DNA from: Marsupella aquatica
Lineage: Eukaryota > Plantae > Marchantiophyta
Length of the DNA stretch: 64,000 nucleotides
Assembly (NCBI GenBank): GCA_973895155.1
Contig: OZ316897.1
Span: 17,766,457 to 17,830,456, forward strand
Direction of reading: 5' to 3'
Below are positions 47,454 through 61,000 of the stretch, piece after piece. The first letter of the stretch is position 1, and each line of letters starts with the position of its first letter. The position numbers and the translations under genes are program-made. The notes under the pieces were generated by a model. The model was given only the letters and a program-made list of their open reading frames with translations, did no database searches and was not told where the DNA came from.

Positions 47454-49080
47454 CATAGGTAACTAGAATGATGAAACCAAATACATCATTCTTGACTGAT
47501 TTTGTATACACACAAGGATCATACACCATCCTTGTAAAACCTTGAGCAAGCATGAACTCATCAAACCGCTTGTTCCACTGTCTGGGAGATTGCTTCAATC
47601 CATACAAGGACTTGAGCAATCTGCAAACTAAGTTCTCTTGACCCTTCTTCATAAAGCCTACTGGCTGTCTCATGCAAAAGATCATCTCTTCCAAGTTGCC
47701 ATAGAGAAAAACAGTAACAACATCCATCTGATCCATCATCAGACCAAAAAACACAACAAGCTGACACAAGATCCGAATTGTGGAATACTTAGCCATGGGT
47801 GAAAAGACCTCATTGTAATCCACTCCTTTCTCCTGAGTGAATCCCTTGGCAACAAGCCTTGCCTTGTAGATCTTATCTCCACCCTCTGAATGACTGTCCT
47901 TCAACTTGTAAATTCACTTGCTGTCCACCACTTGCTGACCTCTTGGAAGCTCCACCAGCTCCCATGTCTTGTTCTCACTCAAAGATTGCAACTCCCTCTG
48001 CATTATTGTATTCCACTCATGCTTCTGCTCTGAAGCACAAGCCTCATTGTACGAAGAAGGCTCTCCTTCTTCCAAGATCAAAGCCATATCATCTTCATTA
48101 GGTACAATATCAATATCATCTAACTTAGATGAGTCTGCCCATTGACCATACCTGGTAGGAGCTCTAGTAGAACGACTGGAAGTTCTTCTAGTAGATGACT
48201 CAGGCTGATCTGCTGCTGCTGTTGGCTGAATTTGAGGTACCCCAGCAACAACCTGCTCCTCTTGTTCCAACACAGGAACCAGCTCCAAGCCTGGAGCTTC
48301 TCCATCTCTCCTATCATGAACAGTATCATGACTAATCTCCCTCTCAACTCGGTCCGAGATTTCCCCTTGTCAGTATGGGAGTCCTGAGAACTCTCCCCCT
48401 CTTTTGATGATCTAGATTCATTAAAGGACACATCTCTACTGACAATTAGTTTACAGGTCACTGGATCCCATAACCTATAACCCTTCACACCTTTCTGATA
48501 GCCAAGGAAAATGCACTTCTTTGACTTGGACTCCAGCTTGGATCGAAGCTGGGAAGGTGTAAGCACATAAGCATCACATCCAAAAATCCTCAGATGTGAG
48601 TAATTTGCTGGACGCCCGTACCTCATTTCAAATGACGTCTTGAATCCAATAGAATTGGATGGAGAAAAATTTACCAAATAAGTTGCAGTGTTGACAGCTT
48701 CAGCCCAAAACTCATGTGGTAGGCATGATAGACTCAACATACTCCTCGAGCGATCCAATAGTGTTCGGTTGAGTCTCTCAGAAATACCATTTTGCTGAGG
48801 AATATAACTTGTTGTGAGATGGCGGGTAATCCCCTGCTCCTTACAATATGTTCCAAATTCCTCACGATTGTATTCATCGCCGTTATCCGATCAAAGATAT
48901 CTCACCTTATTACCAGTCTTATTCTCTACTTGGACTTTCCACTCCTTAAAGGTGGCAAAAACATCAGACTTATTGTGTATAAAGTATATCCACACATACT
49001 TTGAGTAATCATCTACGAACGTGACATAGTATAACCGTCCAGAATGTGAGGGAGTAGGGACTGGATCCCACACATCACTA

Positions 49081-49327
49081 TTTTGGCAGTCATTCCACGT
49101 GGTTTTTTAGTTTTTCATTATGCCATTACGTAATAATGGCATAATTCTGATATTTTTTATGGGCCTCGAGCGCTTTCATCGAGTTCTGTGGAAATTGTCG
49201 GAATAGGGCTAAACTTGCCATCGAGTCCTTTTTCTAATGGTACTATAATACCTATTTCTACATCTTTATTACCTGTTTCAGTTATCATACATTCCAAGGG
49301 GTTCATGCGCTCTCTGGACGAAGCAAA
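49081..49327. mobile_element. ~247-bp insertion of unknown class in Copia-2 integrase
   Basis: Removal restores LEYVH|SDVWDP. No clear TSD; contains a 12-bp internal inverted repeat. Confidence 0.7.
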
Positions 49328-51077
49328 TGTACATACTCAAGTACCTCCTTGCTGGTGTGAGTTCCAACTCTGAAGGGTTTCCTGTGCTGCTTCCCAAGCA
49401 CATAGTGCTCACAGAATTCCAACTTACAAGATTACAAATTAGAAAGTAATCCTTTTTTCCAAAGAATAGCCAAACCTTTTTCACTCATGTGGCCCAAACG
49501 GAAGTGCCACATCCGGGCCGTCTCCTCATGAGATAAGGTTACATTGGCTTCATCACAGACTACACTGCCCTCCAAAATGTATAGATTGTTATGTCTCTTT
49601 TCCTTCAATACAACATTAGTACCAATTGAAACCTCAAGGACACCATTAGCAGAACTCCACTGATGGCCATTTGCTTCTAAAACTCCAAGTGAAATGAGAT
49701 TTTTCATCATGCTGGGAATATGTCTCACATTCCTCAACGTTCTCACAGCACCATCAAACATCTGAAATCTAATAGATCCAAGTCCAACAACTTGACATGA
49801 GATTCCATTTCCCATCAACACTGACCCGTTGGAAACCGTGTAAGAACTGAAAAAATTTTCCCTAGAGCAAATATGAAAAGTACATGCACTATCTAGAATC
49901 CAATCATCACTACCTGGATTTGACACTACGTTGAGAGCATAACCTTGGTATCACAATATGTCATCATCATCGAGTAAATCTACCTCAGGTGCGCTCGAAG
50001 CTACGTTAGCTGATGTAGTAGGGTCCTTTACTTGACAACCCCTTTCCATGTGGTCTGGCTTGCCACATCTCCAACATGCAAGAGGTTTCCTCTCTTGCAA
50101 TTTCCCTTTGGATTTAGATCTCCCCCGTGATGTAGATCTAAATTTGTTCGGCCCATTCGTGCGCTACGTTGATCTTTTCCGGTTCATGTTCAGCGTAGTG
50201 CCAGAAAAAGATGTTGTCTGTGATTGACCCAGCTTCTTCTGAGCATCATCAGACAATAAAGAGCTCACCACCTCATTATACAAAATGGACTTCAGATCTC
50301 TGTACAAGAGCACCTTTCAAGCCCTGATAAGATAACGGTAAGGAGCTTAGCAGAAGCAAGGCTTTATCCTCATCTTCAACTCCCTTACCCAAGTTTGACA
50401 GATCCACCACTAGACTGCCAAATTCATCCAGGTGATCCTACAGCTTGCTCCCTTCATTGAGCCTGAAGCTCATCAAGAGAGACTTCTTGTACAGTCGGTC
50501 TGACGCATCTTCCCAGTAGTACTTCTCTCTTAGAGCCTTGAATAGTGATGCGCAATCCGCATAATCATCCAACTTCTTGATGATGTGCGGCTTGAGATAA
50601 AGCATCATTGCATTGACAACAATCACTTGCTCTTGTCTCCATTGCTTCTCTGAGATCTTCTTTTCTCCATCATACTGCTCTCGCAAAGAGAGCAGATGAG
50701 CTAAGCCCATGGCCAGCTTTGAAGCGAGCCGGTCATTTCGGTAGCTGGATTTCGGTAGCTACTTGGCTTGAGCTATAATTATGTGCGATCCCTCCCGCAC
50801 CGCACAGCTCACACCGTTGAAAAATGCGAACTCTGGTCTCTCCCCCGAAAAGCCGTCGAACACGAATAAAACATGAACAACGCAAACTTCGATTCCTCCG
50901 CACCACGAATACCAATCAACAAGTTCTAACCACCGTTAGACCTCTCACTAACCTATCCACTCAGTACACATATTTGAGTTTCATGCGACAAAACTCCGAA
51001 TGTACTACCGACAATGAACGCTGAAAAAACCCGTCACAAAAAAACCTCGTCACCTCCCAGATAGCTCTGATACCACT

Positions 51078-51421
51078 TGTTGAGCATAGACAACATTTGC
51101 AACTGCAAGCCCATGAACCATCCAACGTACAAGAGTCGACATAGAGAGATACGTGGTTCACCTCCACATGAGGCTACGTCCACGGGAACACTTAAGAGCT
51201 TTAATGCACTCTAGGCCGACAGGCCATACCAAGCATCCGCAGCACAAGCTCTCCCTATCTCTCAACTAGCCCGTAATAATGAGCCTAAGTTCCACCCAGG
51301 GTCTGTCATCAGCCCTGGCTAAATACACATTAGCACTACCGCTAACATTAGCTAAGTCCTAACCCGAGTTAGACTAACTGTGGTTAGCTCATAAGTCACA
51401 AGACTAGAGCAATATCTAACA
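51078..51421 (-). repeat. Copia-2 5' LTR (344 bp)
   Basis: Paralog of 45013-45352, adjacent to the PBS. Confidence 0.95.
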
Positions 51422-52761
51422 TGTGCAAGGGTGTTGGAGACTATTCCACATCTGTTTTTGTGGTGTTTGCATGCCCGAAGATGTTGGCTTATATGTCGGA
51501 CTTCTCTCAGGGAGCTGCAATTACCAGTTAGGGTACGTTGAGCTGCTGGATATGATGGACAATGCCATGGGGAATGATGGGGCAAGTGCTCCAAGCTTTT
51601 TGTGCTTTATCAGGGTTTGTGGCAGCTGTGGTTGGGCTGCAACTCACAGGTGTCCCAACCAGGGGGCAGGAGGATTTTTAGACTTGGGCTCGGTGCTTTC
51701 GGAGGTGGCGGACCACCGCCTGATGGCCGTTGGAAGGAGGTCTGCTTTTGGAGGGAAGCAGTCTCAGCTGCTCTAGGCCAAGGAGTGGATTGATTCTCAA
51801 TCATGGTGCAAGTGGCTGACACAGGGCAGTAGCTGCATTCTCTCTACTTCTGTCTTAGAATGATATGTGGTTCTATGGTTGGTGGTCTTCTGATCGAGCT
51901 GTGGTCTGGCTCTCTAAACTCATCCAAAGATTATTATCTTTCACCCCTGTTTTACCATTTTCTTTGTTACTTGAATGTTACTTTTTTCTATTGTTTTTAT
52001 AGTTACATGGTCTAACTGTTTTTATTTGCCTTGCCTCAAATACAAATAGTCAAATTTGGTTCTTCTTGCATAATCAACGGTTCTTGTTTATGACAAATGA
52101 TGCAGCTGATCAATGTGACTACACGTGCATCCAGGAATTTTGGAAGAAACTTCCCATGGGGGTACGGCTCTAAAGAAAAACATTCAAAGGAAGAGACTAA
52201 GTAAGATCTTGGCCTTTATCAGTGGTTTCTTGAAATGAAAAGTAACAAAGGTTTTGGGCAGGTCTAGCGCAAACCAGGATGGCACTATGGTAGTCTGTTG
52301 TGTTACTTAGCAAGGAGATGCAAAGAGTAACTATCACTTATGTCAATTTCTTATATTCATTTCTAAACATCAGGTTTCCCTAAATTAAGGAGAACCCTCA
52401 GGTTGTGATTAATTGACCTTGTGGTGTGGTGGAAACTGATGCATGAGACTCAGAAAAAGTGACCAATTTGAGGTAAAAGTGTACTTATGTATTTTTTATT
52501 AGAACATCTAGCTCATACCCATGCATATTGGCACAAGTACAATGGTTGTCTTCCTTTTTGAGTGAGCCGTGGCTTCAAATAGAAGCCTATCATGGATGAA
52601 TTGTCTAAGTACCTCTCAATTTCATTCTCAATCGTAGCATGAACCCATTCTAGAGTTACTTGGCATAGCATATAATGACCCAAGATAATCAGGTTGAGCT
52701 TATTGACTTCCCCTCCTTGGGGGAGGATTCACTCAAAACTTTTTGAAACATCACATAGAAA

Positions 52762-53040
52762 CTTGGGGGCCTCACTCCAAGGTGGGGCCCATGTCACATG
52801 CAATGTTTTAGAGTAATAAACACCCTACAAATAAGGAAAAAAGAAGTTTTTTTAGAGTATTTTCCTACCCCTAACTTTATAAAGTATCACTATATCTGGT
52901 TTTAAGAAACTCTACAATTATTGTAATTCTCAATTTGGATCAAAACAGGTGCCCCTAACGTTCTTCCTTAAAAAATTAAAATTTTCCTTGTAAACCAAAT
53001 TAAAAACCCTATACTTGTTGTCCATGATGGGTCAAAGAAT
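52762..53040. mobile_element. Diverged MITE M1 relative (a similar fragment starts at ~20228)
   Basis: Begins cttgggggcctcact; internal segments resemble 44402-44708 in reverse. Confidence 0.5.
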
Positions 53041-53677
53041 TGAGTACCTCAGGCGTACAAAAAATAAGAAGGTTCTTTTCAATTGATTTTAAACAAAAAA
53101 TCAAAAGTTATTTGGAGAACATCTTACTGCATACATTTACTTTTTGGAGAATCCCGCAACACATCTATTTCCGCTCACATATTGATTTTTAATTATGCCA
53201 TGACATTATACCACATGACCTTCTCCACTTGTCTATCTCACCTGCTATTTTAAGTGTTCTCCTTCCTCCTATGCTACATGCATGCAAGATACGTTTTAAA
53301 ACAAATCAATAAAATGAGGTTTCTTTTGTGTCAAGAAAAAGAAACAAAATATCTCACTGCTGGTGAAAAAAATTCTCCGCCATAAGAAAGAAAAAGAAGA
53401 ATATAAAGAAATTAGCAAGTTAAACTATTGTGAGAATCTACATCTATAATATCAAATCCCGCTCATTTCAATCCTTCATCCCATTACGAAACGCATTTTA
53501 AGCCAAAATGAATGATAGCCATTAGATCTTTGGGGTCCTGTTTTGTAACCATTTGATATTAATGTTGTGGCCAAGGTACCCTGCAAGGTACACATAAACA
53601 TAATGGCATTGCAATAATCTATTTGAGAACAAGAACAATTGTACTAGATTGTCTTTTTACTCTCCCATGGGGAATAC

Positions 53678-53872
53678 CTTGGGGGTCTCATTATATGGAT
53701 GCCTCCCCATCACCTGCGACGTTTTTAGGCCTCGGATCCCCTAAAATGTAAGATTAAAAATATAAAATTCAACCCCTATAAAGTTGGAATTTTTTTGGAA
53801 TATTCCAAATTTTTGGTTATAAGGACCCTAATCTTCTTATAAGTCTCAAAATTGGATTTAAAAGACCCTATT
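53678..53872. mobile_element. Partial MITE M1 copy (left two-thirds)
   Basis: Collinear with 47159-47351 ('gggggtctca.tatatggatg', 'cctgcgacgtttttaggcctc', 'aacccctataaagttggaat'). Confidence 0.85.
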
Positions 53873-55060
53873 CCCAATTTTCATTGTCGGACAAGATGTG
53901 TCCTTGTCCGACACGACAAATGACAACTTGTCCGTCCAAAAATTGTCTATTTGTCCAATATTCCCTTATATTCCATGGCCCGGTCTCAAATTCTCCCGCC
54001 CCTCCCGGCCGAGCGCCACACTCTCTCGGCCTGGTCAAATTTCTTCCCGGCCAGGTCCTAAAACCACCCGGCCCGGCTGGGGGTTCGGGAGGGACGGGGC
54101 TGGGGTTTTAGGACCTGGCCGGGCTGGGGGGAGGAAGGCCGGGGGGGAGGGGAGGGGAGGAAGGCCGGGGCAGGGTGGGGAGACCGGGCCGGGCCGGGGA
54201 GAGAGGCCGGGGCGGGGGGGTTTAGGGTTTAGGGTAACCAGAACTTGACATGGACGGAAAAAAAGGGGAGAGATAAAGGAAAAAGGAACAAAAATTGAGG
54301 AAGAGGAGAATGAATAAGGTAGGGAAATATAGAGAAGGGGATAAAGTGAGATAATTTTATATTTTCCTGCCCCCCATTTAAATAAAATGAGCATGTATAT
54401 ATTTATGTATTAAAAATATTAATAATTTTAATTATAAGAAAAATTGCATTGCTTTTTTGGGCATTTTTTGGGGTGATTATGCTACAACTCCGTGATGTAA
54501 TGGCCACTGCCATTCATCTTGCATCTCCCTATTCTCACCTTCATCCTCCTCAACAATAACATGTTCACAATAATGACCAAAATGATAATATTTTTGCAAC
54601 AATGACAAACAACATCAAACATTGACATTTTTTATGCTACATCTTTTTTGCAGTGTATAGGAAATGAGTTTGCCTACATTTTTTTGTGCTTTCTTGACAA
54701 CTTTGCCTCACCTAGATATTTTTTCTCTTTTCAACATCTTTTCTTGACCTCAACATCTTCTGTGCAATGCATGAGCATTTTTTGTGTTCTTTACCTCACC
54801 ACAACATCTTTTCTCTTCTCGACATGTTTTCCTCATTTTTACATCTTTTTCTCACCTTGCTTTCTCTCCTCAACATCCTTTTTCACTTTGACTTCATTTC
54901 CTCACCTTGATATTTGTTTCTCTCATCGACAACTTTTTTTACACGAACATCTTTTCTTCACTTCAAAATCTTTTCTCTCATGATCGACAACTTTTTTTTC
55001 ACACCAATGTTTTTTCTTCACCTCAACATCTTTTGTGTAACTCATAGGCATTGGGCTAGT
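53872..55060 (+). mobile_element. Helitron-like non-autonomous element with GC-rich fold-back segment
   Basis: Ends 'gtgtaactcataggcattgggCTAGt'; 'acatctttt' repeats as at 21050 and 42230; 5' boundary uncertain. Confidence 0.45.
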
Positions 55061-55956
55061 CTTATTTATAAAGTGCCAATTACAAGTTAGATTTGGGGCC
55101 TAGGCTTCTAGAAGGAACCCTCTAGACCTAAACTCCATGGCCCACCATGTGGATGGGAAAACTCATGACTATGATGTATGTCAAATTAATGATAATTATG
55201 CATACCTTTTGTCATCATTCCTAGCCTACTTACATTCAAAAAATGAGTTCTATAGCCCCACCATAACATATAAGCATAGAAAGAGTGATGTATATAGAAA
55301 AGAGGACGGTATGTTATATATAATTATTCAATTATTATGACATGCATGATATTTTTTTATCATTTTAGTAACTTTAAAAGAATGTGAATAGGGTAATACT
55401 TTGGTGACACTTATATTTGTTCTCTCCGCTATCCATGTTCAAAGAATGGGTAGTCAGGGCTAGTTTTACTCTTATGAGATTGAGGTTGGGATGAATTATA
55501 ACTTAAGTTTGATCATGCAACTTTGGACTAGCAGCATTGTAGTGACAAAAGTGTAAACCATATACACAGGGAAGATATTATAGTAGTTGAATGCACTCAA
55601 CAAATTGAAGACAGTCCATTTAGGTTAAGTCTATCGGAGCATTGTCTAACAGTGCTGTCAAACAGTGGTTTGTTCTGATCTTTTATTAATTGATGCAGCT
55701 GAAAATATGGGATTGAAACAAAATAAAATATCATGGATAGAGTCTTTTTTGTGGCAAATGCTCACCAAATTCACCTCTTAAAACACTCTTCTCCTCTTTG
55801 GCAAAAACTAGCCAGGCTTTTTGTCTTCCTTTGGCCTATGTCGGCCGGAGCCACAGACCCCTTTAGCCAGAATTCCATGGTTAACCTTAAATATAGATCA
55901 AACGATAATAAAATAATCGAGGAAAACTCAGTATGGAAAATTCCTTTGCATCGTCC

Positions 55957-56135
55957 ACTTCACCCAAGGTGTCACTCACCACCCTGGCGAAAACGAGAAA
56001 ATGTTAAAAATTAGCCCTCTTCCACCCAAGGTACCATCCTGGCGAAAACGAGAAAACATTAAAAATTAGCCCTCTTCCACCCAAGGTGTCATTCACCACC
56101 GTGGCGAAAACGAAAAAACATTAAAAACAACCCTT
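55957..56135. repeat. Three-copy tandem repeat, 53-62 bp unit
   Basis: 'cacccaaggt...acca.c.tggcgaaaacga.aaaa..ttaaaaa' occurs three times. Confidence 0.85.
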
Positions 56136-58025
56136 TCGAGAGTAGCGGTACCAGATTCGCCGAGCCTGGTTCGTACCTTTGCTGGCTTGTCGCCGGCAAG
56201 GTTCGAACTCCGAAGTCCGACCGACAGAGGCGGTTACTGGAGCAGGCCGCACGACTTTACAGACTCACGGAACCTCATGACGAAACATCCCATTTTCTCT
56301 TTTCGTCGGTTTCTTTCTCTTCTCCGCTGTACAGAAATTGTCCCCTTAGGCGAGCTCAAATCAACGTCTAGACGTCGTCAGATTCCATTCCAATCCACGG
56401 ACCCAAAATTTCCTGTACCTTTCTTGCGTCATTAATCAGTAATCGAAGTTTTTTGCGTCGTCGATCTCGAGAGCGAACGGCTGGAACAAGCCACGACTGT
56501 GTTTTACGACCGAGTTCATAATTAAAATTGAATATGCGAAATTCCGGATATAGCTTAACCGGCTGAACTCGTGGGCTCGACCGGGAATAAGGTTACCGGT
56601 GAGAGCACTCTTGCGGTAGCACAATTTTTTGTTTGGTAAAAAGTTGGAGTGGAAAATGAATCTTTCTCGTCTGGTGAAAAGACAAATTGGAACGAGTCAT
56701 GAGTGCTGAGGTCTGACTTCACCTGCTGAAATAGCTACTTTATTTTTATTTGGCTTTGCCTGTTTTCTATCGCAGGTTTTTCAAGGACCAGACCGAAAAC
56801 TCCGACAGGCAACACCTGAGAGCCTACCTTCTCATGCGTGGCCATGAATCCTGGCTGTTGGGTTTGATTATTATTAATAACTATTATCTAGCCAACTTCA
56901 TTGGTCCAGAAGTGCGCACAAATTTTGATACCGCCATGGAACCCATTAGGATTGTGTCTCAGCCAAGATTGGCCTGTCTCCAATTTAGACCAATATTTAT
57001 AAAAATAAACCAGTATCATAAAAAAAACGAGGGATGTTGTAGGGGCATTGACATGCGTACATGCGGATTGGTAGCACTTGAAAAACCAGAACTTGGAAAA
57101 AGGGCAAATATCAGGTGAGGAAAGGCTTGGGTATCATGGCCTGCAAAAACTTTGGCCATGCTGACCAGCAATGCAACTTAATTTGAACGCAACCCATATA
57201 CACAGGACATGCCTGTCCTGTGCCCAATGCAGACTCGGACACTCTAAATGGTACAAATTCAACACAATAGAGGTACTGTCCCTTAACATACCTCCCAACC
57301 TCATAAGCTACTTGCCACCCCCAAAACTTACATGTCCCTCACTCTAAAGAAGCAAAAACCCCTAAACTAGAGTTGGAGTAGGGAGTTGGAGTGCATCTTT
57401 CTCGTAGAGGGAAAAAGACCGGAAGCAGGCTACAGTGGCCAAGAGCTGAAAGATTCTTTCCGAGATGCGAGAAAGATGGAAGCCGCGCGGAAAGAGAAGC
57501 GAGTGTAGTAAGGGCGTCCCGGGGCGGATCTTCCCGAGGAAAGATTTACGGTGCTTTTACTTTACCCTCAGTAGTGTGTGAATGAATATTGCTTGTGTCC
57601 CGGTATTCACGGAGTTACCCGCCGTGATTGGAATGATATTCCGTCCCGGACGAAAGCTCGCCGAAGGGCTCTGCTTCCCAAGGGAGACGGAGTCCAGAGA
57701 CCAGAACAGAGGAGGAGCATCACTGGAGCTTGGAGGCCGCCGTGTAAGATTTGTGGGGATGTGGGTGTGGAGTAGGAAGACGGATTCAAGCACGGGAGCT
57801 CGAGTACATTTGGAAAAAACTTGGACATGAAGGTTTTGGTGGAGAATTGGCCCCCGGGTTGGAGCTTTTCAGAAAGGCTTTGACTCTCTCCTCTGGCTTC
57901 TGACGATGATCTGCGGCACTGGGCGGCCCGTGAAAATCGTCTCGTTGCATCATGCAGTGTTGGAATTACGTCTGGATTGCTGATTCGCGTCGAGCAGCGG
58001 TTGTAGACGTGGTTGCAATCTGGAA

Positions 58026-61000
58026 ATGAATCTCAATTGGAGGGCTTTGAAGGCTCTCGTTGGGATGGCTTCCAAACAGGAGTATCAGGCTGTAAATTTA
58101 GTTGATGAAGATGTCGGGAGAAGGAGGAGACGAGATTCTCACAATGATAATAGAAATGGAAGTAACAGTTTTGAACAAGAGACAGTCAATTATCGACATT
58201 CCATGGAGAGGGAGGGCGAGGAGGGTGATGGTGTGGTACAGTGGGGGCTTGCTGGCTCAACGGATTTGGCCGACGACTCGAATCACTCTGAGCCTGGCGA
58301 TGATGATGCCAAAACATTCACCTTACCGCCTGCTCCAAGTGCTAGGAACCAGCTCAAAGCCATGCTGTGGCGGCAATGGCTGTTCAAGGTTTGGATCCTT
58401 CTGAGAACCATGCAGATTCCTATTTGTTGGCCTGGTCGATTGTCTCTTCTGCACACCAACTGAGATGTTCAGTGCGAATGTAGTAGATGGTTCTGCCGCC
58501 GGGTCAAGGACGGAGCTTTTCTCATCTTCATCCAAAAAGAAAATTTGATAGGCTGCAGAGAAATGGCAAACATTTATGCAGCTTTTGAGTCCAATTCTGA
58601 TGTTGTTGCATGTGGCACTGTAATAAATGCTTCTGGGAATGGATCCTTTCGGAGCTTCTTCTTACTTTCCGCTAGATAAATAGGAATGGAAAATTGATGA
58701 ATTTTGCAGAGGAGGGGGACAGGACAAACGTTTATGGAGCTCATTAGTCCAATTTTGATGTTAGCACTTCTGGTGTTGGGGTGGACAAGGACTACGCCTG
58801 ATCATTACGACGCTGAGGTGTTCGCCAACGCTTCCCTGCCTGTGACGGAGGAGTTCTCAGGTGCCATCTTGGGCTCGCAGCACCTCCTCCGGAACTGTCC
58901 TCCGGCAGTGCTTCTCGAGCAGGTACCGTAACAGTGATGCCAGCGAACCCCTCTTTTGTTTGGGGAGGAATAAGGTCAGTCAGATGTAAATTCCAGGATG
59001 AATAGCCGAGAATGAGTGACTTCATGTCTCTATCCTGGTCCTTTGTCCCATCAGATGGAAGCTCTGCATCCACATCGAATGAGGAGAATACTTTGAACCC
59101 TGATGATGTTGACTTTAGGGTTCAGCCAGGGTTGTCCTTTGACGACAGTGGCAAGAGAGACATGAAAGTTACACTTGCCAAAATCACACATAGCCACGAT
59201 CCAATCGGTCGTTGGGATGCTGTGCAAAGTCATAAATGGTAACTGGAATGCGCTAGAGTGTCTTCTTATTTCAGCGTCATTGACGTTCCCGTATCTGTTA
59301 AGACTTGGAGCTGAAGAGTCTACACAAGAATCCCAAGAGACTCTGATAATTCCCACGACAATCAGCTGATTAGGTTGAAGAAACAAGTATTGCAAACCCG
59401 TTCCAGGAAATTCGTGATTAGTGAACTTCCCCGTTATTATTTTATGAGATTCGAGAGATTATTGGTTGGAATTGGACACAATTTGAGGATCAAGGGCAGT
59501 AGAGGGCATGAACAGAAGTCTTCCTTGAGTCCTGCCAATGACCAAATTGAGTTTTGGTGGTGCAGCAATTATCTTCGCGGGAGCTGGAGTTACTCGCGGG
59601 TCTTATGTCATCGCAACTCTCTCAGGGCCTGGGCCAGTTCTCTGGATTCAACGTGACGCTTAATTCAACCCTGAATGACTTCCTGCCGCCAACACAACAA
59701 GAACCCGATGCTGCTTTGCTGACGCCCGAACTCCTCCTCCTTTCGCTGAAGTGTGTGGATACCGCACAGGAAGCATTGCGTGCTCTCAGTGCGCTAAGCA
59801 AATACAATGGGCCTCTACCCATACCTTCCTTTGATGGATTTATTGCGATTCACAAGCTCATTCTGAAGGCGTTAGGTTTGTCTCCCTCGCCGTTTTCAAA
59901 AGCATGTTGACCTTGTTATTTGCAAGGAATTGTAATCAGGTAGGAATTTTCTGCAAGGTAGTTTAAAGTCTTGTCTGGTTGTGAGAAATTTGTAGATGTC
60001 AAAGTTGCATTGCCAGTCGCAGAGTATATAATGGCGATCTTGAATAAAGCTTATTTTGCAGCTGCGCATGCTTGTTGCATTTTTGTGTTTCCCCTCAAAT
60101 AAGTCATTAACGACGTTTTCTTGAGATGGATTTTTTATGTTGAAGACCTAGTCTGTTGGGGAAGTATAATAGTGGTTTTTCTGTACCAGAGTCTCAGGAA
60201 GGACAGCTGGAGAAGTCCGTGCACCTGCAGAAGAAGTTCGGCAATATTGTATGTTTGGCATGACTCAGTTGTTTCCCACGTACCATATATGAAACCCGCA
60301 AGACACTCGTGCCATATGTGTGGTGATTTGGTTGAGAAGTTCATTTGTTATGGATTTAAAACATGCAAAGGGCTGACGAGTGGATGTTGTCCGCAGCTTG
60401 GAAACCTTCTGGAGTTAGGACAGATTGCATTTGCCCCAAACACATCCGAAGTTGCAGATCTTGTAAACTATATGATGGCAGAGTACCAGGTTGAACTTCG
60501 ACCATAGTTATCCGACTTTGTCTAGTCATGTATTCGAAGAACTGAAGTTAGATATTTTGTGCCATGTCTGATTCTAAGGTTTTGTGAGGTCAAAACATTC
60601 AATCCTGTTCAGAAATTCTCATCTTTGCCCGAAGTTTCTTGTTTATTTGGTTGCATGTCATTTAACTGTGAAAAATCATTGCTCATTGTGCAGAGTTTTA
60701 AAGAGCTTTATGGAGGAACTTTTCATTCCGAGAAGGTACACTTTTATCACATTCATCTGAACTACTGGCCGGAGTTGGAGGTCCACTGAGTACCTAACTT
60801 TGTGAGGTAGTTTAGTGAGACTGTTAGCCTAGGCCTTGTTACTTGTTTTTATCGAGTCACAGGCCTTCAACTGAATGTTGATCATTTTATTACACGCAAG
60901 GTCAAGCTGTTGTGATCGACTGGTCAGTGAATGCTGGATTTGGGCAGGAAGCGATTGATTCATCCATGAAAGGGACTGGAACTCAACTCTGGGCAGTGGT

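Larger units (their letters stand above)
45560..50710 (-). pseudogene. Copia-2 gag-pol remnants
   Basis: Fragments in several frames: gag 50438-50710, PR/pre-IN 49432-49926, IN 48120-49073, RT 46860-47940, RH 45560-46220. Confidence 0.9.
45013..51421 (-). mobile_element. Ty1/Copia LTR retrotransposon (Copia-2), older, with frameshifts and three nested insertions
   Basis: LTRs at 45013-45352 and 51078-51421; TSD tatgc / tgtgc; PBS TGGTATCAGAGC (51064-51075); PPT at 45353-45363. Motifs WILDSACTFH, WHFRLGH, YKARLVAKGF, YVDD and GYVDSD. Confidence 0.95.
43440..51900 (+). mobile_element. Decayed L1-like LINE ORF2 3' part, split by a MITE and by Copia-2
   Basis: CRDLLWG..LVAWAKLAWPRVEGGL and FLWHIIMGGL. 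Removing Copia-2 restores the zinc-finger motif DCKLCARVLETIPHLFLWC. Boundaries are approximate. Confidence 0.78.

Noticed and set aside
53898-54394. Gly/Arg-rich and Pro-rich ORFs
   Set aside because: Products of low-complexity GC-rich sequence within a repeat.
55957-56135. CRISPR-like repeat
   Set aside because: Whole units repeat with no spacers and no cas genes; it is a plain tandem repeat.
56187-56285. tRNA gene or tRNA-derived SINE (GTTCGAACC on the minus strand)
   Set aside because: T-stem and acceptor stem do not pair convincingly and I could not fold a cloverleaf.
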